A stretch of DNA of 63,992 nucleotides, filler included, from Octopus bimaculoides (GCF_001194135.2; 8 parts of 8 records of this genome joined end to end with filler, not necessarily neighbours in it), one strand, 5' to 3'; shown: positions 14,571 through 28,920, numbered from the whole stretch's first letter. Notes: generated by a model not told the origin, from the letters alone. Made by a program: numbers and translations.

Positions 14571-14670
14571 NNNNNNNNNNNNNNNNNNNNNNNNNNNNNN
14601 NNNNNNNNNNNNNNTTAATTAATTAANNNNNNNNNNNNNNNNNNNNNNNNNNNNNNNNNNNNNNNNNNNN
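14571..14670. other. Artificial contig linker 44N-TTAATTAATTAA-44N
   Basis: Identical 12-mer (stops in all six frames) at 14615, 32555, 46379, 53324, 58128, 60917 and 62930, each inside a 100-bp N block. Confidence 0.95.
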
Positions 14671-14765
14671 GTTTTAGTCTTCAGGTTCCACATTTTGCTA
14701 ATTTCTATTTCAAGATCTTTATATTTGCTCAGTTTTTGGTAGGTCTTGACAGATACGTTTATATA
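14671..14765 (-). mobile_element. R4/Dong-like RLE fragment
   Basis: KTYQKLSKYKDLEIEISKMWNLKT adjacent to a long (TAA)n tract. Confidence 0.7.
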
Positions 14766-14766
14766 C

Positions 14767-14839
<73 letters not shown>

Positions 14840-15297
14840 CATTATTATTATTATTATTATGCATGAGTTTTGTAACTCTCACTTGTATATAACGATTTGT
14901 GTTTTATGTGATCGCTAAGAAATCCTCATCGTCATCATCACCATGGTTTAATGCATTTACCAGTCATACAAGTTAAACAAAATAGTTTAAATATGATTGC
15001 CATGGTTCAGCCCCAAAATAATTACATCGTCGTAAGATTTTATTGATTTCACCTCCCTTTCCTGCAACACAACAGAGAAAGAGAGAGAGAGAGGGGTGAG
15101 GTAGAGAGGAGAGAGGGTGAGGTAAACGGGAGAAAGCGAAGTATGTTCTTTCTAATTGCCACATTACGAAAAAGAATATTGTTTGGACAGAAAGAGAAAA
15201 TATTTTTCAATTTTCCTCACGAAATTTAAGAAGAAAAAAAATACCTGCATGAATGGACACTGCTTATGTGCAGAATAGAATTCTGTACTCGTGTGTG

Positions 15298-15340
<43 letters not shown>

Positions 15341-15805
15341 CTCTTACACATGCATACACACACACACACAAACATATATACACTCTTTTACTCTTTTACT
15401 TGTTTCAGTCATTTGACTGCGGCCATGCTGGAGCACCGCCTTTAGTCGAGCAAATCAACCCCGGGACTCATTCTTTGTAAGCCTAGTACTTATTCTATCG
15501 TTCTCTTTTGCCGAACCGCTAAGTTACGGGGACATAAATACAGACTGTATTNNNNNNNNNNNNNNNNNNNNNNNNNNNNNNNNNNNNNNNNNNNNNNNNN
15601 NNNNNNNNNNNNNNNNNNNNNNNNNNNNNNNNNNNNNNNNNNNNNNNNNNNNNNNNNNNNNNNNNNNNNNNNNNNNNNNNNNNNNNNNNNNNNNNNNNNN
15701 NNNNNNNNNNNNNNNNNNNNNNNNNNNNNNNNNNNNNNNNNNNNNNNNNNNNNNNNNNNNNNNNNNNNNNNNNNNNNNNNNNNNNNNNNNNNNNNNNNNN
15801 NNNNN

Positions 15806-15873
<68 letters not shown>

Positions 15874-16042
15874 TCTTTACTACTCTAGGCACAAGGCCCG
15901 AAATCTTTGGAGAGGGGATCAGTCGATTAGATCAACCCCAGTACGTAACTGGTACTTAATTTATCGAACCCCGAAAGGATGAAAGGCAAAGTCGACCTTG
16001 GTGGAATTTGAACTCAGAACATAAAGACAGACGAAATACCGC

Positions 16043-16076
<34 letters not shown>

Positions 16077-17589
16077 CCTTTCTACTAAAGGCACAAGGCC
16101 TGTAATTTTGTGGGGAGAGACTATGATGCTGCATGTACCATCATTTCGATTCCCTCAAATTCCTGGAGTTTGTTCCGGGTCGTTCGAGTGGTATTTGAAG
16201 TGTTTCGTAATAAAAAAAAAATTTTTTTAAGACTCACGATAGATTGAATTGACGGAAAAGAGACAGAAAGAGATAGAAGGGGTCCGAAACACTAACAACA
16301 AAGACAGCCGAGTTAGTATAACAACAACAACAACAGCGGTAACGCTAATACAACACATTGCTCCAGTCTTTTGTCACTAATCCTTTCATTTTATTATTGC
16401 TATGTAAAAGACTATCAAATCATCCGTGGCAATGCACACATTCAAAGACATCCAAGGTGTAGGACGGTGTCTGTTTGAATGTACGCAGATACGAATGTTT
16501 TTGAAAGGAAAAAGAATTAGATAAACATTTTCAATCGCACTTCAATAACTTAGGTAGCCTTTTCGTGGTCACTGGACCTAATGAAACGATGGCTCCTAAC
16601 ATATGTAACTCAGCGCCCCGCTTTCACCGAGTAAGATTTTACAAACGTGTTCTCTTCATGTTCACAAAAAGGGGTAAAAAGGAAACACATACACAGAATA
16701 TTTCTATCAATCAGGAGCTAATTTTGCGCGATGGAGGAAGAAAATTAACCTTGTAAGAGAAAGCCTCCTTTGAATTCGAATCTAGAAGCTTGAAAGTCAA
16801 GCGAATAATACGACTATATTTGTTAATGGTGACCAGACTTAATTATGGCTATATATACCAGAAATCTTTGATTCGTGAAGGTGCGTGGCTCTGTGGTTAG
16901 GGTACTCGACTGACGATCGTAAATATCGTGACGTTCGATACCAGACGGCGTGTTGTGTCCTTGAGCAAGACACTTTATTTCACGTTGCCCCAGTCTACTC
17001 AGCTGGCAAAAATGAGTAGTACCTGTAATTCAAAGGGGCCGGCCTTGACACATTCTGTGTCATGCTGAATCTCCCTGAGAACTACGTTAAGGGTACGCGT
17101 GTCTGTGGAGTGCTCAGCCACTTGCACGTAAATTTCATGAGCAGGCTGTTCCATTGATCGGATCAATTGAAACCTTAAACGTCGTAACTAACGTAGTGCC
17201 AGTTATTGTACTGACATTCTTCCAGCCGATCATCTTTGACGCCAGACAGACAAAAAGAAAAATGAAAATTTCTCATTGAACATTCAAAATCTCTTAAGTT
17301 TAATAACGTATTTTTTCTGTATTCTAACACGACATCCATGTCAAGCTGGACATAAAGGTTATCTTTTGGTATTAAAACTGCTTCCATCGCTAATAATTAA
17401 TTTTTAAGTTTATATTAACATATTTAATGCAGTGAGCACCAAAACTTAATTGGAAATAATTATGCTGTGAAGAAAAGACAACATTAACTCAAACGATTTA
17501 ACAATAGCCAACTGTCACTCGCCATATTAAGGCGGTGAGGTGGCAGAATCGACTGGCCCATCCTCAAAAATTTCGGGCCTTGTGCCTAT

Positions 17590-18355
17590 AGGGCTTTCCT
17601 ATAAGGTGTTATCCACCCCTGATTGGAACTCTCCCGTATGACATGTACGCATGCTCAGTGACTTGCTTTAACAGTTGCAATCAGCTGAATACACATTGCC
17701 AGTGACATTTGACATAATTACCCACACTCTGTGGTCAGGATTCTTTTTTTGGTTTGATGTCGGTATCGAAGGGATTACCAGACGCCGGACAATACAGTGA
17801 GAGCAGCTTTCACTCACATCGTGGTATTCGATGCTGTGTACGTGTCTGTCGTGGTAAAATATGCCACTCCTTAACTGTTGCTTTGATTTCATCCGTAGCA
17901 CGAGGNNNNNNNNNNNNNNNNNNNNNNNNNNNNNNNNNNNNNNNNNNNNNNNNNNNNNNNNNNNNNNNNNNNNNNNNNNNNNNNNNNNNNNNNNNNNNNN
18001 NNNNNNNNNNNNNNNNNNNNNNNNNNNNNNNNNNNNNNNNNNNNNNNNNNNNNNNNNNNNNNNNNNNNNNNNNNNNNNNNNNNNNNNNNNNNNNNNNNNN
18101 NNNNNNNNNNNNNNNNNNNNNNTTCAACCTTTCAATCAAGTCCGCCTTTCTTCCAGTAACATACTGTCCATATAATCTTAAATATTTCTTTAACTCAGGC
18201 ACAGTAAGTACTTCGATAGCTGAATCATCAAGCTGCTTTATATCCATGATAAGACGTAAAACAATAACAATGGTGTGGGTTAGCCTCCGGAAGTTTAATT
18301 ATCTACATGGAGCGCCGCCTAGCCAAGGGAGATAACCTACTTATAGGAAAGCCCT
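17590..18355 (-). mobile_element. TIR DNA transposon derivative with SAP and SWIM domain remnants (ISL2EU/PHIS-like)
   Basis: TIRs AGGGCTTTCCTATAAG (17590-17605) and CTTATAGGAAAGCCCT (18340-18355), AT duplicated on both sides. Minus strand encodes LTVPELKKYLRLYGQYVTGRKADLIERL (SAP) and HRVWVIMSNVTGNVYSADCNC (SWIM-like). Inserted in a SINE. Confidence 0.75.
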
Positions 18356-20849
18356 ATCGCAGAAAAGACTAAGGGCGATGAGCTGGCAGAGTCGTTAGCA
18401 CGCCGAGCAAAATGCTTAGCGATATTTCGTCTGTCTTTACGTTCCGAGTTCAAATTCCGCTGAGGTCGACTTGGCCTTTCATCCTTTCGGAGGTGGATAA
18501 TTTAAGTACCAGTTGTGGACTAGGGTCGATCTAATCGACTGGACCCCTCCCCAGATATTTCGGGCCTTGTACCTAGAGTAGAAAAGAATATATGCACCAT
18601 ATTTTTGCTCGTCGTTTAAAGAACTTAGCTTCTGTAGTTGCGAGCAGACGTCTCGGTGCACCGTCTCGGCTGCTTCAACCTTGACCCAGCGAAACATCCA
18701 GGAGGTGGCAGCTGGAGGAGAGGTAACTATACTCCACCCCCACCCTCACTTGGTAATCATTTACTGTTGAATAAACTAGATGAACGCGAAATGGAATGCC
18801 TTGCTCAAGGACACAACGCTTCACCGAGTCCAGAAATTGAACCCACGGTCTTATAATCATGAACCGAACACCCTACAAGCCTTCCCAATGAATAACTACT
18901 CTGCGTATTATGTTCTTTTACATTTCAAAATCGAAGCCTTTGTTACGATAAAATAATCACTGTCTCCTCTCTTCCTCCACCCTTCTCTCTCTCTCTCTCT
19001 CTCTGCGTGTGCGCTTTATATAGTTCAGTCGTTATGTCATAATTTTAATCGGTTGATCAATTTATATTATGACGTTACTATGTGCCCAGCAGGAGTGACA
19101 ACCTTCTCACATAGTTGAAACGATCTTCTGTTGAATCGCTACATATTTTTAAAATTCTTTCATACATAACGTGTTGTACCAGTTTCAATTCAGATAATAT
19201 TCAATTCAGATAATATTCAGATAATATTATCTACCACATCAGAAACCTTCACATCTCACTGGTTCTGGTTTAAAGCTAAACTCCACTTCACTTGGACTTC
19301 AAAGAATGAATGTCAAATTTTCTCCCCTGAAAAGGAGTCATGTCTATCGCAGGTCGTTGCTATCTAGTCCCGAATCAACTCAGATCGTTCAGATCAAAAG
19401 CATTCTATCCTTGACCATTCGGGGGTTTTTTTTAATCATGTTGTTGTTGTTGTTGGCACTCTGTCGCTTACGACGTCGAGGGTTCCAGTTGATCCGATCA
19501 ACGGAAACAGCCTGCTCGTGAAATTAACGTGCAAGCGGCTGAGCACTCCACAGACACGTGTACCCTTAACGTAGTTCTCGGGGATATTCAGCGTGACACA
19601 GTGTGACAAGGCTGACCCTTTGAAATACAGGCTACAACAGAAACAGGAAGTAAGAGTGAGAGAAAGTTGTGGTGAAAGAGTACAGCAGGGTTCGCCACCA
19701 CCCCCTGCCGGAGCCTCGTGCAGCTTTAGGTGTTTTCGCTCAATAAACACTCACAACGCCTGGNNNNNNNNNNNNNNNNNNNNNNNNNNNNNNNNNNNNN
19801 NNNNNNNNNNNNNNNNNNNNNNNNNNNNNNNNNNNNNNNNNNNNNNNNNNNNNNNNNNNNNNNNNNNNNNNNNNNNNNNNNNNNNNNNNNNNNNNNNNNN
19901 NNNNNNNNNNNNNNNNNNNNNNNNNNNNNNNNNNNNNNNNNNNNNNNNNNNNNNNNNNNNNNNNNNNNNNNNNNNNNNNNNNNNNNNNNNNNNNNNNNNN
20001 NNNNNNNNNNNNNNNNNNNNNNNNNNNNNNNNNNNNNNNNNNNNNNNNNNNNNNNNNNNNNNNNNNNNNNNNNNNNNNNNNNNNNNNNNNNNNNNNNNNN
20101 NNNNNNNNNNAAAGTCACGCACAAAATAAGTTCAATACGCTCCAAATTGTCAGACATGCTTCAATGTTTTTCTAAAATTGAATAAAATATTTATTTCTAC
20201 TCCAGACACAAAGCCTTGTAAATTTGAGGGAAAGGAAGGTAGTCGATTATATCGACCCCACGACGGAATTTGAACTCAGAACGTAACGGCAGCCAAAATA
20301 CCGCCAAGCGTTTCGCCCGGCGTGCCAACGATTCTGCCAGCCCGTCGCCTTTTTTTATTATTAATAATAATAATAATAATCTTTTCTACTCTAGGCACAA
20401 GGCCCGAAATTTTGGGGGAGGGAGCCAGTCGATTAGATCGACCCCAGTACGCAACTGGTACTTGATTTATCGACCCCGAAAGAATAAAAGGCAAAGTTCA
20501 CCCTAGCGGCATTTGAACTCAGAACGTAACGGCAGACGAAATACCGCCAAGCATTTCGCTCGGCGTGCTAACGATTCTGCCAGCTCACCGCATCATCATC
20601 ATCATCATTATCATTATCATTATTATTATTAAATACTTGCACCCTCCCCCAAAATTACTGACCTTGTGCTAAAATTTGAAGCCATTTCGTATCATACATG
20701 GAATGTGTACGTAATATCGGGCTGGATTCGAACTCAGAACCATTATTTCAAACCCGAGGGTAATACCATTCTCATCCACAGACTACCGACAAATGGAGGA
20801 AATTCGATTATGGTTGTTTAGACAATTAAATTTCCGTTTCGAAATTTAA

Positions 20850-21190
20850 GGCGCAACCGTGGCTGTGTGGTAAGAAACTTGCTTCCTAACCACATGGTTC
20901 CGGGTTCAGTCCCACAGCATGGCACCTTGGGCATAACCTCGGGTCTACCAAAGCTTTGAGTGGATTTGGTACACGAAAACTGAAAGAAGCCCGTCGTATA
21001 TGTGTATGTATGTGTGTGTGTCCACCATCGCTTGACAACCGATGTTGGTGTGTTTACGTTCCCGTAACTTAGCGGTTCGGCAAAAAAAACATAAAATAAG
21101 TACTAGGCTTACAAAGAATAAGTCCTGGGGTCGGACGGTGCTCCAGCATGGCCGCAGTCAAATGACTGAAACAATTAAAAGAATAAAAGT
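20850..21190 (+). mobile_element. SINE family B (tRNA head, CORE-like ggcaccttgggcaagtgtctt, internal microsatellite, conserved tail)
   Basis: Same family at 21840-22010, 22540-22830, 29400-29870, 30300-30700, 35930-36420, 39250-39450, 43150-43430, 48560-48730 and 51000-51360. Confidence 0.85.
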
Positions 21191-23972
21191 AGATAGATAT
21201 TAATTTATACATCAACATTACGTTTCGCTCAGTTCGATCTCTCGTCATCATCAGGTGTCTTATTCCTGAATAGGAATATGCATCGGTGGCCTAATGAATA
21301 AGAGTGTTATCCTTAGTTTGCAAGTAAACTGAACCCGGAACCATGTGGTTGGTAAGCAAGTTACTTACCACACAGCCACTCCTGCGCTTAACAATAGTTT
21401 TTGTAAATTGGTGTCAAATGTATGTAGTTTGAAGGTTCTGTTACTCAAGTAAATAGGCGACTGAAAAAACTACTGAATGTTAGTCTTCGCAAAAATTAGT
21501 CTAATAGAATGGATATTTGCGTGAAGTGAGGTGAGAATTCTGTTATCCAGGCACGAAATCTATTTACAATGATAATAATTGCAAGGGAGGTTACTGTTCA
21601 TACACGTATAGATATGATAGTATGAATTATTTCCCTTAGATCAAATCTGTTAAATCTCGTCCGGAAATGGAAGGAATTTTATGTGCAACGAAGAATTAAC
21701 GTTAAGCTACGTTGAGAAAGCCATCAACATCATAACTAAATATGAATTGGCACCAAACAAGAAACGAAGTTGTGCGATTTACAGGGAAATTCTTAATCGC
21801 CAAAATTATTATATTTTATTTTTTTCAACATTATAGGCGCAGGAGTGGCTGTGTGGTAAGTAGCTTGCTTACTAACCACATGGTTCCGGGTTCAGTCGCA
21901 CTGCTTGGCACCTTGGGCAAGTGTCTTCTACTATAGCCTCGAGCTGACCAAAGCCTTGTGAGTGGATTTGGTAGACGGAAAACTGAAAGAAGCCCGTCGT
22001 ATATATGTATATATAGATGTGTGTGCATNNNNNNNNNNNNNNNNNNNNNNNNNNNNNNNNNNNNNNNNNNNNNNNNNNNNNNNNNNNNNNNNNNNNNNNN
22101 NNNNNNNNNNNNNNNNNNNNNNNNNNNNNNNNNNNNNNNNNNNNNNNNNNNNNNNNNNNNNNNNNNNNNNNNNNNNNNNNNNNNNNNNNNNNNNNNNNNN
22201 NNNNNNNNNNNNNNNNNNNNNNNNNNNNNNNNNNNNNNNNNNNNNNNNNNNNNNNNNNNNNNNNNNNNNNNNNNNNNNNNNNNNNNNNNNNNNNNNNNNN
22301 NNNNNNNNNNNNNNNNNNNNNNNNNNNNNNNNNNNNNNNNNNNNNNNNNNNNNNNNNNNNNNNNNNNNNNNNNNNNNNNNNNNNNNNNNNNNNNNNNNNN
22401 NNNNNNNNNNNNNNNNNNNNNNNNNNNNNNNNNNNNNNNNNNNNNNNNNNNNNNNNNNNNNNNNNNNNNNNNNNNNNNNNNNNNNNNNNNNNNNNNNNNN
22501 NNNNNNNNNNNNNNNTTATTCTTTGGAAGCCTAGTACTTATTCTATCGGTCTCTTTGCCAAACCGCTAATGACGGGGACATAAACACACCAGCATCAGTT
22601 GTCAAGCAATGCTAGGGGGACAAACACAGACACACAAACATACACACACACATATACATATACATATACACGACGGGCTTCTTTCAGTTTCCGTCTACCA
22701 AATCCACTCACAAGGCTTTGGACGGCCTGAGGCTATAGTAGAAGACACTTGCTCAAGGTGCCACGTAGTGGGACTGAACCCGGAAACATGTGGTTGGTAG
22801 GCAAGCTACTTACCACACAGCCATTCCTATTAAATGATTGAAAGGATAAGAAATAATAGACTATCTATTCATAGGTCATGAGTTCGATTTTACTGCCAAC
22901 ATTCCATAATGCGTCTAAACGCTGCCTTTCATCTCTTAGAAATCTATAAACTGCGATTAACTCCCCACCACCACCATCACCATATAGCTGATCTGGTGCT
23001 TTTATTAGAAATAATAATAAGCAGGAAATTGGAAGAAACTGTTAGAGCGATATTTATTCCTGCCCTTGGTGCTCAAAATTCATCTCGCCGATGTCAGCTT
23101 TTCCGTTCAGAGCCATGGTTTGGCGGCATTGTTAGAGGCGTCGAACGAGGTACTTTGCAATATTTGATCTTTGTGTTCTGAATTCTTGGGTTGTAGACTC
23201 AATCTGTTTCCTGGTTTAAATCTGTTACCTGGTCCTTGGGTATCTCTAGCAGAATACATTCTGAAGTAAGAATTCTGACCAGGTCTCTGGTTTCAGGATA
23301 ACTTTCTTTACCCAGTCAGTCTCGGAGACCCTGAAAAAGATAAAAGATTCTGAATATACTTCACTGACTAAACATCATGGAGGAATTGACATAAGGTTAA
23401 ATGATAAACCTTGATAGGTGAACCGCGATACAGCAAGAGATTTTATAGTACATATGTGTATGGGAGTATATATATATATATNNNNNNNNNNNNNNNNNNN
23501 NNNNNNNNNNNNNNNNNNNNNNNNNNNNNNNNNNNNNNNNNNNNNNNNNNNNNNNNNNNNNNNNNNNNNNNNNNNNNNNNNNNNNNNNNNNNNNNNNNNN
23601 NNNNNNNNNNNNNNNNNNNNNNNNNNNNNNNNNNNNNNNNNNNNNNNNNNNNNNNNNNNNNNNNNNNNNNNNNNNNNNNNNNNNNNNNNNNNNNNNNNNN
23701 NNNNNNNNNNNNNNNNNNNNNNNNNNNNNNNNNNNNNNNNNNNNNNNNNNNNNNNNNNNNNNNNNNNNNNNNNNNNNNNNNNNNNNNNNNNNNNNNNNNN
23801 NNNNNNNNNNNNNNNNNNNNNNNNNNNNNNNNNNNNNNNNNNNNNNNNNNNNNNNNNNNNNNNNNNNNNNNNNNNNNNNNNNNNNNNNNNNNNNNNNNNN
23901 NNNNNNNNNNNNNNNNNNNNNATATGTATATATATATATGTATTTATATAAATCATATATATCATATATATA

Positions 23973-24204
23973 TGTAAATCCCTCGCCGTATCGCGGTTCA
24001 CCTATCAAGGTTTATTATTTAACCTTATGTCAATTCCTCCATGATATTGTTTTGCATTTATAATAAAATAAATATATAAAAATTATAAAAATAATTAAAA
24101 AAAAAAATATACAGTACAGTATTGTTTCTACTTCGCGGATTTTCACCTATCGTGGTGGGTGGGGTTTCGGAACGTAACACCTTTGATAGTCTAGGGATTA
24201 CTGT
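23973..24204 (+). mobile_element. Tigger/pogo-like MITE
   Basis: atccctcgccgtatcgcggttcacctatc ... ggaacgtaacac...gggattactgta ends. An inverted partial copy lies at 23375-23455; a similar right end at 50580-50690. Confidence 0.55.
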
Positions 24205-25478
24205 ATGAATATGTATTAATTTACATACATCCCACCCCCACCACATATGTATCACATATTTGGTGTGTGATTTGTTGTGTGGGTGTCTTCACATTTGACT
24301 CCACCCAAACCAACCACATAAACGTAACATTATGTAAGAGTAAAGACATGCAAACATTTCACATGCCAATGTATTGTAGTTTGAAACTCACATACTCAAT
24401 GAAATATGTTGATATAAATATTAACACACACACGCACACATGCAACACACATGCAACACACACATGCAACACACATGCAACACACATACACGCACACACA
24501 CTTCAGTATATGTAACTTTTTTTATTAATATTTAGCAGAAGCAACAGAGTGACTCAAGGGTCCGAGAGCTTCGTGTGTTGGCACTTATATGTGTGTATGT
24601 GTGAGTATACATACATACACACATATAATCATATATATATATATATATATATACATATATATTGAAGCCTGGTGCAGCCATCTGGTTCACCAGNNNNNNN
24701 NNNNNNNNNNNNNNNNNNNNNNNNNNNNNNNNNNNNNNNNNNNNNNNNNNNNNNNNNNNNNNNNNNNNNNNNNNNNNNNNNNNNNNNNNNNNNNNNNNNN
24801 NNNNNNNNNNNNNNNNNNNNNNNNNNNNNNNNNNNNNNNNNNNNNNNNNNNNNNNNNNNNNNNNNNNNNNNNNNNNNNNNNNNNNNNNNNNNNNNNNNNN
24901 NNNNNNNNNNNNNNNNNNNNNNNNNNNNNNNNNNNNNNNNNNNNNNNNNNNNNNNNNNNNNNNNNNNNNNNNNNNNNNNNNNNNNNNNNNNNNNNNNNNN
25001 NNNNNNNNNNNNNNNNNNNNNNNNNNNNNNNNNNNNNNNNNNNNNNNNNNNNNNNNNNNNNNNNNNNNNNATACATACATATTATATCTTTATATATATG
25101 CGCACCTTTTCTTCCATTGTTTCTCTCTTCATTCTTTCAGCTTTTTTTTATTTATTTTTTCACTGTGTTGAGTCGGTGGTAGGGGGGGGGAGGGCGTACA
25201 GTAACGAGTTACAAGTTTCTGCTGATTATTTTCCGCACCTTCTTACCAGCAGAGAGAAAGAAAACAAAATGAAAAGAAGGGAAAGACTGTGTTATGAGAG
25301 CAGCGTTACTGATGTCCAGTGACTTTATGAAACAACAATTCAAACTATGCGATTATTGACACAGAGCTGCTGTCAAAATAGATGTGATGGCTTTTGTTTT
25401 GTCTAACATCTACTGAAGACATGGTGAGTCAGCCAACACACATTTAAGTCCTCTACCTGTTTCATATTTGGAGATCAA

Positions 25479-25855
25479 GCGGAGGCGCAATGGCCCAGTG
25501 GTCAGGGCAGCGGACTCGTGGTCATAGGATCGCGGTTTTGATTCCCAGACCAGGCGTTGTGAGTGTTTATTGGGCTAAAACACCATGAGGCTCCCGCAGG
25601 GGATGGTGGCGAACCCTGCTGTACTCTTTCGCCACAACTTTCTCTCACTCTTACTTCCTGATTCTGTTGTGCCTGTAATTCAGAGGGTCAGCTTTGTCAC
25701 ACTCTGTGTCACGCTGAATATCCCTGAGAACTACGTTAAGGGTACACGTGTCTGTGGAGTGCTCAGCTACTTGCACGTTAATTTCACGAGCCGGCTGTTT
25801 CATTGATTGGATCAACTGGAACCCTCGACATCGTAAGCGACGGAGTGCCAACAAC
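25479..25855 (+). mobile_element. tRNA-derived SINE family A with 13-bp TSD
   Basis: GGAGGCGCAATGGCCCAGTGG...GGTTTTGATTCCC head; TSD ATTTGGAGATCAA at 25466-25478 and 25856-25868. Confidence 0.9.
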
Positions 25856-27914
25856 ATTTGGAGATCAAATGCATCATTTCCTCTCTGTTGAACGACAAAT
25901 GAGTGCAGCTCTACCCATTAGAGACAGCAGCAAGATATCACATGAATCATACCTTATTTGCTTAAAAGAAGAAGGACATATTGAATAATGCAGTCCTGGA
26001 AATATTATATGTGGACAGAAGTTGGGATGGTCATGATACATCCTTGATCATAATCTGTTGGATTGGGATTGAGCTGAGAAGAAATAATAACAACAATAAT
26101 CCTTTCTACTGGTACGTAAAAGCATCCACTACACTCTCGAAGTGGTTGGCATTAGAAAGGACATCCAGCCGTAGAAACTCTGCTGGATCAGATTGGAGCC
26201 TGGTGCAGCCTTCTGGCTTACCAGTCCTCAGTCAAACCGTCCAACCCATGCCAGCATGGAAAGCAGACATTAAACGACGATGACGACGATGATGATGATA
26301 TATGTGTGTGCATATGTATATGTTTGTGTGTCTGTATTTGTCACCTCATCATCGCTTGACAACCGATGTTGGTGTGTTTGCGTCCCCATAACTTAGCAGT
26401 TCAGCAAAAGGGCGTAATAGAATATAAGTACTAGGCTTACAAAGAATAAGTTCTAGAGTCGATTTGTTCGATTAAAGGCAGTGCTCCAGCATGGCCGCAG
26501 TCAAGACTGAAACAAGTAAAAGAATAAAAAAAAGAATATGAATTGTCGTATGTATGTTTAAGGCTGAGTCACAGATGTATATACACACATATATACACAC
26601 ACACACATACCTATGAGTGAGGGAGATCAGGGGGGCGGGAGACTAGGTTGACAGATTAAGTATAATTCCTTTTCCTTTCCCTGTGTTCTCACGGAACAAA
26701 ATGAGACGAGACAAGAGAACCCAACCTGCAAGGAGGAAAGTTAAACACTAACTCGCACAGTATTCATATCAAAGAAGAAAAACAGAAAGAAAACAGATAA
26801 AAAGTTTTAAAAAATGGAAAGGAAATAATGAAAATAAATGGAAGAAAAACCGTCAATGAAAGATAACGGTCATCGATGTGAAGGTTGAACATAATTCTGA
26901 TTCAACATAGCGTATTATCTTTGTTGAAGGTTAACACTGTATCTTTCCATCAATCAGACACCAGTCTTGTAAATGGAATGAGGTCTTTTCATTTATGTGT
27001 TGATGTGATAAAAATTGCAAATGAAATTATTGTCATAAAAGATGTTCTTCGATTGCTGATTAAAGAAACCATTCAGTCGCTGTATGAGACTTTGTTAATT
27101 GCCACATGTGACAACATGTGACAACATGTGATACGTGATTGTGAGTGCAATGCTCATGTGGTTGGAAATGTTGGAAAATGGAAGAACAATATGTAAACAA
27201 GTGCGTATGTATCTTGTATTACATTAAATACAAACATATATATATATATATATATATATANNNNNNNNNNNNNNNNNNNNNNNNNNNNNNNNNNNNNNNN
27301 NNNNNNNNNNNNNNNNNNNNNNNNNNNNNNNNNNNNNNNNNNNNNNNNNNNNNNNNNNNNNNNNNNNNNNNNNNNNNNNNNNNNNNNNNNNNNNNNNNNN
27401 NNNNNNNNNNNNNNNNNNNNNNNNNNNNNNNNNNNNNNNNNNNNNNNNNNNNNNNNNNNNNNNNNNNNNNNNNNNNNNNNNNNNNNNNNNNNNNNNNNNN
27501 NNNNNNNNNNNNNNNNNNNNNNNNNNNNNNNNNNNNNNNNNNNNNNNNNNNNNNNNNNNNNNNNNNNNNNNNNNNNNNNNNNNNNNNNNNNNNNNNNNNN
27601 NNNNNNNNNNNNNNNNNNNNNNNNNNNNNNNNNNNNNNNNNNNNNNNNNNNNNNNNNNNNNNNNNNNNNNNNNNNNNNNNNNNNNNNNNNNNNNNNNNNN
27701 NNNNNNNNNNNNNNNNNNNNNNNNNNNNNNNNNNNNNNNNNNNNNNNNNNNNNNNNNNNNNNNNNNNNNNNNNNNNNNNNNNNNNNNNNNNNNNNNNNNN
27801 NNNNNNNNNNNNNNNNNNNNNNNNNNNNNNNNNNNNNNNNNNNNNNNNNNNNNNNNNNNNNNNNNNNNNNNNNNNNNNNNNNNNNNNNNNNNNNNNNNNN
27901 NNNNNNNNNNNNNN

Positions 27915-27946
<32 letters not shown>

Positions 27947-28360
27947 AACATACATATGTATCATCATCATCATCGTTGCTTAACGTCCGCTTTCCATGCT
28001 AGCATGGGTTGGATGATTTGACTGCCCCTTGTTACATTCTTTTGTCATTGGGGACACACAGCCAGAGAAAAAAACAAGTCATCTTTGCTGTGTATATCAT
28101 GTTTTCTTGGCATGGTTGCTACGGTTGGATGCATTCCCCCATCACTAATCACTTCACAGTATAATCTGAGTACATTCTATTTTGCCACTGGAGCAGTTAC
28201 TTGCAGCGTGATTAAACAGTCATCTATGCTCCATATTACCTTTATACATTTCTTTGTCTGTGCATATACGTGTCTCTGTCATCTGTGTTGACCATAACTT
28301 CTCAAGGTAGAAGTTTTAAATTGATGTTAATTAAATTAATATTCAATTTATCACCCTCGG

Positions 28361-28426
<66 letters not shown>

Positions 28427-28656
28427 TACATACATACATACACATACAGATAGACAGACAGACAGACAGACAGATAGATAGATAGATAGATAGATACATA
28501 CATACATACATACACACACACATACATACATACATACATACATATATACGTACATAAATAGATAGATAGATAGAGAGACAGACAGACATATACACACACA
28601 ACATAATTATATATATATATATTCATGTATATATATATACATGTATATATATATTC

Positions 28657-28701
<45 letters not shown>

Positions 28702-28880
28702 TTNNNNNNNNNNTATATATATATATATATATATATTGTTTCTGTTGAAGAGCGTAGCTCGAAACGTTAAAGACTTTCTGTATTCCCGAGCGTCAAACTA
28801 ATACATCCTTTTGTTGTTTACACCACCTGTCCTCGTCTGTTGTTGTTTTTTTTCGTACATTCTCCTATATATTCATGTAT

Positions 28881-28920
<40 letters not shown>

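Noticed and set aside
23375-24045. ~70-bp inverted repeat around a gap as a novel hairpin element
   Set aside because: Explained by two back-to-back Tigger-like MITE ends.
25481-25555. tRNA genes at SINE heads (also 4860-4926, 16880-16950 and others)
   Set aside because: They continue into SINE bodies with tails and TSDs and lack a complete acceptor stem.
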